A stretch of 41,126 nt of DNA from an uncultured Anaerolineales bacterium (GTDB taxonomy: Bacteria; Chloroflexota; Anaerolineae; Anaerolineales; UBA11858). A program made the position numbers and the translations under genes. The stretch spans positions 1 through 41,126 of the forward strand of contig CAZZFZ010000006.1 of NCBI GenBank assembly GCA_964653835.1, written 5' to 3'. Each line of letters opens with the position of its first letter. The stretch's first letter is position 1. Of the stretch, positions 15,876-24,572 are shown piece after piece. The notes under the pieces were generated by a model. The model made no database searches. It was not told the origin of the DNA and saw only the letters and a program-made list of their open reading frames with translations.

Positions 15876-16748
15876 ATGAACACACCACGCGTTTCATTCG
15901 TCATGGGATGGTTAAAGCTGCTGGTCAGCCTGGTCTGGGCGGGGTTGAGCCTGGCCGGGATGGTTTTCGGCGGCCGCTTTTTCGCCCAGGCCGAGGCGCG
16001 GCTTACTGAGCGCATGATCCCGGTGCAGGATCAACTGGCGACCGGGCGCGCCCTGCTGACCGAGACCGGGGCCGCCCTGGCGGCGACGGATGCCGCGCTG
16101 ATCACCGCGGAGGAAACCGCCCTCGCTGCCGCCACGACGCTCGACGACAGCGCCGCGCTGATCGAAAGAGTTACGCAGGTTGTGTCTGTGGACATACCCG
16201 CGGCTTTGAACGATGTGCAGGCGGCCATGCCGACTTTGATCGAAACCGCCGCTGCTGTGGATCAGACCCTGGGGATTTTGGCCGGTATCAACCTGACGAT
16301 CCCCAACCCCTTTGGGACGGACTGGGAGATTGGCCTGGGGGTGGAGTACGACCCCGCGGTGCCCCTCGATGTTGCCCTGGAGGATGTCAGCGGCGGGCTG
16401 GAAGGGCTGCCTGAGCAATTACAGACCATGGGAGATGATCTTGAAGCCGCCAGCCAGAACGCGGTGACGGTGGGGCAGCAGGCGGAGACGCTGGCAGCCG
16501 ACTTACAGGCCACCCGTCAGCAGGTGGCTGTTCTGCGGGATCAGGTTGAAGCATTGAGCGCCGGATTGGTCTCGCTGGAGAACGGCTTGAGCGATCTCTA
16601 TCATCTGGCGATGGGCGCGCTTCCCCGAATGCGGCTGGCGTGGCTGGGGTTGATGTCGCTGGTGTTGCTCAGCCAGGTTCCGGGGTTGTACCTGGCCGCG
16701 GCGATGATGCACGGCGAATGGATTCAAACGTGGAGGGAAAAACGATGA
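15876..16748 (+). CDS. Hypothetical bitopic membrane protein with a long Ala/Thr/Leu-rich helical (coiled-coil-like) ectodomain
   Basis: N-terminal TM (WLKLLVSLVWAGLSLAGMVFGG) and C-terminal TM (LAWLGLMSLVLLSQVPGLYLAAAMM). The middle is helical low-complexity. Its stop overlaps the next start (ATGA at 16745-16748). Confidence 0.6.
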   Translation: MNTPRVSFVMGWLKLLVSLVWAGLSLAGMVFGGRFFAQAEARLTERMIPVQDQLATGRALLTETGAALAATDAALITAEETALAAATTLDDSAALIERVTQVVSVDIPAALNDVQAAMPTLIETAAAVDQTLGILAGINLTIPNPFGTDWEIGLGVEYDPAVPLDVALEDVSGGLEGLPEQLQTMGDDLEAASQNAVTVGQQAETLAADLQATRQQVAVLRDQVEALSAGLVSLENGLSDLYHLAMGALPRMRLAWLGLMSLVLLSQVPGLYLAAAMMHGEWIQTWREKR

Positions 16749-17155
16749 ATGTCTTGCAGATTTTCTTTCAGGCCCGGCGACGTTCCTCCGCCTGGTGGTG
16801 GGGCTTGCAGCTGGGCATTGCTGCCGCCTTGCTGGTGCGCTGGTGGCTGGAAAAACAACAGACGCCCGTTCAGGTGAAACCGGCGAGGCCCGCGGCTGCG
16901 CCCTCCACCTTTCCAGAAGAAGAACCCTCGAAGCCCCCGTCTCAGCCGGTGGCGCGCGCCGAACCCGATGATTTGACTCGCATCCGGGGCATCGGGCCGA
17001 AGTACGCTGCTTTACTGAACGCGGCTGGCGTGACCCGTTTTGCCCAACTGGCGGCGATGTCGGAAGCGGAGCTGAAGACGATCTTCGCGCCCACGGGGCG
17101 CGTTCCGGACGTTTCCGATTGGGCGGCGCAGGCGGAGCGCTTGATGGAGGGGTAG
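16745..17155 (+). CDS. Small membrane-anchored protein with a Pro-rich linker and a C-terminal helix-hairpin-helix-like domain
   Basis: GGAGGG RBS at 16732-16737. TM WWWGLQLGIAAALLVRWW. C-terminus DDLTRIRGIGPKYAALLNAAGVTRFAQLA. Its TAG stop abuts the next ATG (17153-17158). Confidence 0.65.
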   Translation: MNVLQIFFQARRRSSAWWWGLQLGIAAALLVRWWLEKQQTPVQVKPARPAAAPSTFPEEEPSKPPSQPVARAEPDDLTRIRGIGPKYAALLNAAGVTRFAQLAAMSEAELKTIFAPTGRVPDVSDWAAQAERLMEG

Positions 17156-18475
17156 ATGAAGGTTCGCCTGCGAGCGGCTTTCCTTACGGCGGTGTGTCTG
17201 GTGTTGGGGGTTTTCACGTTCGCTGTGGCGCAGGGCGAGTCGCCGGTGGCGCTGGTGTTGACCGCCGACGGGCCGGTCACGCCGGTAATGGCTGAGTATC
17301 TTCGACGGGGGATTCAAACAGCGGAGCGGCGCGGAGCCGAAGTGGTGATCTTTCAGTTGAACACACCGGGGGGAGCGATTGATGCCATGACTGATGTCGT
17401 TGAGTTGCTGCGCGCCAGCCGTGTGCCGGTGGTGGTGTATATCGCCCCGCGGGGGGCTATCGCCGGAAGCGCCGGTACGGTGGTTACCCTGGCCGGGCAC
17501 TTGGCTGCCATGGCCCCAGAGACGGCCATCGGCGCGGCCAGCCCGGTCGGCGCGCAGGGGGAGGATATCGGCGAGACGCTGGAGGCGAAAGTCAAGGAGA
17601 TCCTCAAGGCGCAGGTGCGTTCGTTGGCGGCCTGGCGTGGCGAGGAAGCCCTCCGCCTGGCGGAAGCGACGATTGAGTCAGCCAAGGCGGTTACCGCGGA
17701 GGAGGCTCTGGATGCCGGGCTGGTGGATTTGATCGCCGAGGATCTGCCCGATCTGCTCCGTCAGCTAGATGGGCGTCAGGTTGTGCTGCCCGGCGGCGCG
17801 GTGACGCTGCACACCGCCGAGGCCGAGGTGATCCCACTGGGGCTTTCGCTACTGGAACAACTGCTGTTTGTGCTCACCAATCCCAATATCGTGTTTATTC
17901 TGCTCAGCGTTGGCGTGCAGGCGATTTTGCTCGAGCTTGCCAGCCCCGGAGGGTGGGTGGCCGGGTTCGTTGGCGTGGTGTGCCTGGCGTTGGCCGGGTA
18001 CGGCCTGGGGGTGCTGCCGGTCAACTGGTTTGGACTGATTTTCCTGCTCACGGCGTTTGCGCTCTTTGTTCTGGACGTCAAGGCTCCGACGCACGGCGCG
18101 CTCACCGCCGCGGGGATCGGCTCGCTGATTGTGGCCGCGCTGGTGCTGTTCAATACCCCAGTCACACCGCCGGCGCTGCGTGTCTCGGTTCCGCTGGTGG
18201 TAGCGACCTCGCTGGCGACAGGCGGCCTGTTCGCCCTGGCACTTGGCTTTGCCGTGCGCGCTCAAAAAGCGCCCTTGCGCAGCGGGCGGGAAATCCTGAT
18301 TGGGAAGGTGGGTGTGGTGAAAGAGAGCATCCCGGCGCAGGGGGTGGGGATCGTCCATGTGGCCGGGGAAATGTGGAGCGCCGAATCCGCTGCGGGCGTA
18401 GACATCCCCGCAGGTGTGCGCGTGCGCGTGAAAGCCGTCGTCGGGCTGCGCCTGAAGGTGGAAGCGGGCGCGTGA
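17156..18475 (+). CDS. nfeD: NfeD-family membrane-bound ClpP-class serine protease (long form)
   Basis: N-terminal protease domain (VIFQLNTPGGAIDAM, GAIAGSAGTVVTLAGHLAAMAPETAIGAASPV), a central block of about 4-5 TM helices, and a C-terminal NfeD OB-fold segment (GKVGVVKESI ... VHVAGEMWSAES ... RVRVKAVVGLRLKVE). Confidence 0.85.
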   Translation: MKVRLRAAFLTAVCLVLGVFTFAVAQGESPVALVLTADGPVTPVMAEYLRRGIQTAERRGAEVVIFQLNTPGGAIDAMTDVVELLRASRVPVVVYIAPRGAIAGSAGTVVTLAGHLAAMAPETAIGAASPVGAQGEDIGETLEAKVKEILKAQVRSLAAWRGEEALRLAEATIESAKAVTAEEALDAGLVDLIAEDLPDLLRQLDGRQVVLPGGAVTLHTAEAEVIPLGLSLLEQLLFVLTNPNIVFILLSVGVQAILLELASPGGWVAGFVGVVCLALAGYGLGVLPVNWFGLIFLLTAFALFVLDVKAPTHGALTAAGIGSLIVAALVLFNTPVTPPALRVSVPLVVATSLATGGLFALALGFAVRAQKAPLRSGREILIGKVGVVKESIPAQGVGIVHVAGEMWSAESAAGVDIPAGVRVRVKAVVGLRLKVEAGA

Positions 18476-18477
18476 AT

Positions 18478-18521
18478 CCTCACGAGGAAATCCTCGGTTA
18501 TTCTGTATCCCCGTGGTGAAC
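18478..18521 (+). repeat. Partial family A repeat copy 3
   Basis: CGAGG-AAAT-CCTCG hairpin (18483-18496) parallels AGAG-AAAT-TCTC in copy 2. CCGTGGTGAACA (18511-18522) is identical to 14202-14213. It starts 3 nt after the stop at 18475. Confidence 0.45.
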
Positions 18522-18560
18522 ACTGGGCCATATCGTTTGAGCGCGCTTGTTGAGCGCAAA

Positions 18561-18589
18561 TTGTGGAAAGTGGCGTTGCAGGGTAGAAT
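18561..18589 (+). promoter_or_regulatory. Candidate lipA promoter
   Basis: TTGTGG (18561-18566), 17-nt spacer, TAGAAT (18584-18589). Confidence 0.35.
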
Positions 18590-18619
18590 TGGGGGCGACT
18601 TTTCTATTAAGGAGACGGC

Positions 18620-19555
18620 ATGACCATCAACCCCACCCGCGACCGGGTGAAACCGGAAGAGATCGATACCACCCCCAGGCGCCGTCCGCCGTGGATTCGC
18701 GTGCGCGCGCCCATGGGGGAAGCTTACGAAGAAGTGCATCGCCTGATGCGCGCCAAAGCGTTGCACACTGTTTGCGAGGAGGCGATGTGCCCCAACCTGG
18801 GGGAGTGCTGGGGAGCAGGCACAGCCACATTTTTGATGCTCGGCGATGTGTGCACGCGCACCTGCGGGTTCTGTGATATCAAACATGGCCGCCCGAATTT
18901 GCTGGACTGGGATGAACCGGAGCGCGTGGCGCAGGCCGTCGCCCAGATGAACCTGAAGCACGCCGTGATCACCAGCGTCAACCGCGATGAGCGTCGCGAT
19001 GGCGGCGCGCCGATCTTCGCCATGGTGATCCGGCGCATCCGTCAGTTGATCCCCGGCTGCTCCATCGAGGTGCTGATCCCCGATTTCAAGGGCAGTGTGG
19101 AAGCCCTGCGCATTGTGATGGAAGCCCGCCCGGAGATCCTCAATCACAATGTCGAGACGGTACCGCGCCTTTTCAAGGATGTCCAACCACAGGATAACTA
19201 CGCCTGGGCGGAGGCCACTCTGCGTAACGCCAAAAGGCTTGACCCTGAAGTGCTGACCAAATCGGGCATCATGGTCGGGTTGGGGGAGACGATGGACGAG
19301 GTTAAAGAGACGATGCGCGACCTGCGCTCCTGGGGCGTGGATATCCTCACCATCGGGCAGTATTTGCAACCCAGCCGCAAGCACCTGCCGATTGCACGTT
19401 ACTACACGCCGGAGGAATTCGCCGAGCTGAAGGAATTTGGCATGGAGATCGGCTTCCGGTGGGTGGAGAGCGCGCCGCTGGTGCGTTCCTCATACCACGC
19501 GGCGGAGCAAGTGCGCGCCCTGAGCATTGTCCATCGAAAATTATATGGCGGTTAA
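18620..19555 (+). CDS. lipA: Lipoyl synthase (radical SAM)
   Basis: Auxiliary cluster [13 protein letters not shown] and radical-SAM [17 protein letters not shown]. Confidence 0.95.
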   Translation: MTINPTRDRVKPEEIDTTPRRRPPWIRVRAPMGEAYEEVHRLMRAKALHTVCEEAMCPNLGECWGAGTATFLMLGDVCTRTCGFCDIKHGRPNLLDWDEPERVAQAVAQMNLKHAVITSVNRDERRDGGAPIFAMVIRRIRQLIPGCSIEVLIPDFKGSVEALRIVMEARPEILNHNVETVPRLFKDVQPQDNYAWAEATLRNAKRLDPEVLTKSGIMVGLGETMDEVKETMRDLRSWGVDILTIGQYLQPSRKHLPIARYYTPEEFAELKEFGMEIGFRWVESAPLVRSSYHAAEQVRALSIVHRKLYGG

Positions 19556-19560
19556 CGCTG

Positions 19561-21438
19561 ATGGAAGAAACGCTGTCGTTCTTGCCGTTGTTACTTGTAT
19601 TGGTGTTGGCCTTTGCCGTGCCGGTGGTGCTCGCGCGTTTTAAGAAGCTGCAACTGCCGATTGTGGTCGGAGAGATCGTCGCTGGTATTCTGGTGGGGCG
19701 CTCTGGTTTGGGCTGGGTGGCGAACCACGACCCGGTGCTCGATCTGCTTGCCGAGCTGGGGTTCGTGTTCCTGATGTTCCTCTCCGGCATGGAGATTGAT
19801 TTCTCGGCTATAGGGGGAGAGCCGTCAGAGGGCAAGGCGAAGGGCAAACGCCCTATCGGGCCGTTGGGGCTGGGTGTGATCAGTTTTGGCCTCACCTTGA
19901 TGCTTTCCACCGCAGTTGGCTTTGGGCTGACGCGCGCCGGTCTGGTGACCAACCCCTGGATGATTGCCTTGATCCTCTCGACCACTTCGTTGGGGGTTGT
20001 GGTTCCCGTGCTCAAAGAGCGCGGCATGAGCAGCGGGCGCTACGGTCAGAGCCTGTTGATGGCGGCGTTGATCGCCGATTTTGCCACCATGTTGTTAATT
20101 ACCGTGGTGGTAGCCGCTCTCTCGCGCGGCCTGACGCCGGAGCTTTTGTTGATCGGGCTGCTCTTTGTGGCTTTCTTTGTGATGTATCACTTCGGCATGC
20201 TGTTTTTCAACCGTATCCCCGCGGTGCGGCGGGTGATGGAGGATCTCAGCCATGCCACGGCGCAGATCAAGGTGCGGGCGGCCTTTACCATGATGCTGGT
20301 CTTCGTCGCCCTGGCGGAGATGCTGGGGACGGAGATCATCCTGGGGGCTTTTCTGGCTGGCGCGGTGATCTCTTTGTTGAGCACCGCCGAAGATGAAGAC
20401 ACCATGCACCAGTTAGAGTCGTTCGGCTTTGGCTTCTTCATCCCTATCTTTTTCATCATGGTGGGAGTGGATTTCAACCTGGCCGCGTTGATGTCCTCCT
20501 CCCAGGCGCTGCTGTTGCTGCCCTTATTGCTGATTGCCGCGGTGGTGGTCAAATTGCTCCCCGCGCTGACGTTCCGCCTGAATTTCCCCTGGAAGGAGAC
20601 GTTGGGGGCCGGAGTGCTGCTCTCGGCGCGCCTTTCGCTGATTATCGCGGCCTCGGCGATCGGTCTGCGCCTGGGTGTGATCTCGGAGTCGATTAACTCG
20701 GCCATTATCCTGGTGGCGATCGTCACGGTGACCATCGCTCCGATGATTTTCAATCGGTTGATCAAAGAAGCGCCGACGGAACAACCGCCGGTGACCATTA
20801 TTGTCGGGGCTGGCGTGCTGGGGATGCAGGTGGCGGAGCAATTGCGCCTGCACAACGACACTGTGGTGTTGATTGACGATCAACCCAGGCGTGTGGAGCG
20901 CGCCCGCCAGCGTGGTTTCACCGCCGTGCTCGCCGAGGCCGATCGGTATTCCCCGCAAACGGAAGAACACTTCAACCACGCCAATCGCATGGTTTGCGTG
21001 GTGAGCGATGTGGAGAAGAATTACCGCATCTGTGAGTTCGTCCGTTCCACCTACGGCATCGAGCATGTGGTGGCGCGCGTCTCCGCGCCGGGGGAGATCC
21101 CGCGCTTCGAGAAGATCGGCGTCACGCCGATGAATGCGGCTACCGATCAGGTCATGCTGCTCACTTTGCTGGTGCGCAACCCGACGCTGTATCAGTTGCT
21201 CGTCCGCACTGATGATGATAAAGAAATCTGGGAAGTGGTGGTGCACAATGCTCACTACCTGAACACCCCGCTGCGTGAATTGGTCTTTCCGCCAGATTTG
21301 ATGGTGCTTGCTGTGCGTAAGAACGGCCAGCTCATCGTCCCCAATGGGGATACCCGCCTGGAGAGCGGCGACCAGATCACCCTGTTGGGGCCGGTGGAAT
21401 GCGTGGAGAAAATGCGGGTGCTATCGGCGGAGGGATAA
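19561..21438 (+). CDS. CPA2-family cation/proton antiporter fused to RCK (TrkA-N plus TrkA-C) domains
   Basis: N-terminus LPIVVGEIVAGILVGRSGLG and about 12 TM helices. Rossmann IIVGAGVLGMQVAEQL. TrkA-C-like RELVFPPDLMVLAVRKNGQLIVPNGDTRLESGDQITLLG. The ATG at 19561 is 5 nt after the lipA stop. Confidence 0.85.
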   Translation: MEETLSFLPLLLVLVLAFAVPVVLARFKKLQLPIVVGEIVAGILVGRSGLGWVANHDPVLDLLAELGFVFLMFLSGMEIDFSAIGGEPSEGKAKGKRPIGPLGLGVISFGLTLMLSTAVGFGLTRAGLVTNPWMIALILSTTSLGVVVPVLKERGMSSGRYGQSLLMAALIADFATMLLITVVVAALSRGLTPELLLIGLLFVAFFVMYHFGMLFFNRIPAVRRVMEDLSHATAQIKVRAAFTMMLVFVALAEMLGTEIILGAFLAGAVISLLSTAEDEDTMHQLESFGFGFFIPIFFIMVGVDFNLAALMSSSQALLLLPLLLIAAVVVKLLPALTFRLNFPWKETLGAGVLLSARLSLIIAASAIGLRLGVISESINSAIILVAIVTVTIAPMIFNRLIKEAPTEQPPVTIIVGAGVLGMQVAEQLRLHNDTVVLIDDQPRRVERARQRGFTAVLAEADRYSPQTEEHFNHANRMVCVVSDVEKNYRICEFVRSTYGIEHVVARVSAPGEIPRFEKIGVTPMNAATDQVMLLTLLVRNPTLYQLLVRTDDDKEIWEVVVHNAHYLNTPLRELVFPPDLMVLAVRKNGQLIVPNGDTRLESGDQITLLGPVECVEKMRVLSAEG

Positions 21439-21440
21439 AA

Positions 21441-21477
21441 AAAGACTTCCGATTTCTCGCAGAAATCGGAAGTCTTT
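21441..21477. terminator. Perfect 16-bp hairpin (family B) after the antiporter gene
   Basis: AAAGACTTCCGATTTC (21441-21456), 5-nt loop, GAAATCGGAAGTCTTT (21462-21477). It shares AGACTTCCGA / TCGGAAGTCT with 3879-3917. Confidence 0.55.
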
Positions 21478-21488
21478 AGATTGCCTTA

Positions 21489-21522
21489 AACCTCCCGCAG
21501 GTTTTGAAACCTGCGGGAGGTT
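21489..21522. terminator. Perfect palindromic hairpin (family C) 4 nt downstream of the nuoN stop
   Basis: AACCTCCCGCAGGTTT (21489-21504) and AAACCTGCGGGAGGTT (21507-21522) are exact reverse complements. It lies between convergent genes. Confidence 0.55.
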
Positions 21523-21526
21523 GGAT

Positions 21527-22984
21527 TTAAAACAGCTTCAGCACCGCCTGGCTGACCCATTGGAAGAGGGGCAGGGAGAGGATGCCCAGGGCGACTGTTC
21601 CCACCGCGGTGACGGCGGTGGTCAGGCGCAGCAGGGCAGGCCGCTCGGCGGTGGGATCGCCTTCGCGCATGTACATAATCACCACCACTCGCAGGTAGTA
21701 GTATGCGGAAACCAGCGAAGTGACCACACCCACGATCGCCAGCCAGACGAAACCGCCCTCCAGCACGGCGCGGAAGAGGAAGAACTTACCGACGAAGCCC
21801 AACGTGGGCGGCACGCCGGTGAACGAGAGCATGAAGACCGCCATAGCCGCAGCCAGGGCGGGGTACTTGGCTCCTAAACCGGCGTAGTCGTTCAGTTCCA
21901 GCCCGCCTTGCGCCGCGTCTGTCGATACGGCGGCTTTCTCCAGGGCGATGACCACCGCCCAGGCGCCGAAGTTGGTGATGGCGTAGGCCAGCAGGTAGAA
22001 CAGCGCCGCGGCGACGGCGTCGCCAGCGACATCCGCCTGCCCGAAGACCACCAGCGCCATAAAGATGTAACCGGCATGGGCGATGCTCGAATACGCCAGC
22101 ATGCGCTTGATGTTGCTCTGCGCGATGGCGACTACGTTGCCCAGGATCATGGTCAGCGCGGCCAGCACCCAGATCACCGGGATCAGCGCATCGTAGAGTT
22201 CAGGCAGCGCGGCGACGAAGACGCGCAACAGGGCGGCGAACCCTGCGGCCTTGGCGCCGACGGCCATGAAGGCGGTCACCGCCGAGGGCGAGCCGTGATA
22301 CACGTCCGGCGTCCACATCTGGAAGGGCACCACGGCGACTTTGAAGCCGAACCCGATCAGGATCAACGCCGCGCCGACCAGTAGCAGGGTGAGGTCGGCG
22401 CTTCCGGCGCTCACCGCGGCGACGATCTCACTCAGGGCGGTGGAGCCAGTGGCGCCGAAGACCAGCGCCACGCCGTAGACCACGAAGCCACCGGCGAACG
22501 CGCCGAGCAGAAAGTACTTCATCGCCGCTTCTTCGGAATCTTGCCGTGGGCGGGCGAACCCGGCCAGCACATAGAGCGGGATGGAGAGCAGCTCCAGCGC
22601 TAAAAAGACCACGATCAGGTCGGCGGCTATTGCCATCAGCATCATCCCGCTGACCGAGTACATCAGCAGCACGTAGTATTCGCCGCGGGCGATGCCGATG
22701 CGCTGATTGTAATCGTAGGCCAGGGCGATGCCCGCCAGACCGCTGACGACGAAGAGGATGTTCAGCAGGCGTGAGAAGCCGTCGGCCACGGCCATGCCGT
22801 TGAAACCGACGATCTCGCCCGATTGCGCTGCCAGGCTGCCCAGCGTCGCCAGCAGGCCGATGGCGGCCAGCGCAGGGGTGAGCTTCTCGTTCTTCCTGGC
22901 AAAGAGGTCAATTAGCAGCAGCACGCTGGCCCAGGCGACCAGGACGATGATCGGGAGGATGGAAAGGAAATCTTGTGTTGTCAT
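21527..22984 (-). CDS. nuoN: NADH-quinone oxidoreductase subunit N
   Basis: Last gene of the nuo cluster. 485-aa polytopic antiporter-like subunit. Identity assigned from position and size. Confidence 0.9.
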   Translation of the reverse strand: MTTQDFLSILPIIVLVAWASVLLLIDLFARKNEKLTPALAAIGLLATLGSLAAQSGEIVGFNGMAVADGFSRLLNILFVVSGLAGIALAYDYNQRIGIARGEYYVLLMYSVSGMMLMAIAADLIVVFLALELLSIPLYVLAGFARPRQDSEEAAMKYFLLGAFAGGFVVYGVALVFGATGSTALSEIVAAVSAGSADLTLLLVGAALILIGFGFKVAVVPFQMWTPDVYHGSPSAVTAFMAVGAKAAGFAALLRVFVAALPELYDALIPVIWVLAALTMILGNVVAIAQSNIKRMLAYSSIAHAGYIFMALVVFGQADVAGDAVAAALFYLLAYAITNFGAWAVVIALEKAAVSTDAAQGGLELNDYAGLGAKYPALAAAMAVFMLSFTGVPPTLGFVGKFFLFRAVLEGGFVWLAIVGVVTSLVSAYYYLRVVVIMYMREGDPTAERPALLRLTTAVTAVGTVALGILSLPLFQWVSQAVLKLF

Positions 22985-23032
22985 AGCGTCTCCCTTGAGG
23001 AGCTGGTGAAAGCCACCGGCTCCGGGTGAGGC

Positions 23033-24559
<1,527 letters not shown>

Positions 24560-24572
24560 ATTGTATCCTCGT

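Noticed and set aside
4049-18475. The idea that PLD, patatin, the HerA-like ATPase and DUF45 together mark a defence island.
   Set aside because: The genes are separated by ordinary membrane and metabolic genes. They belong to different operons and strands. There are no integrase, transposase or tRNA boundaries and no obvious compositional break. The individual modules are reported separately instead.
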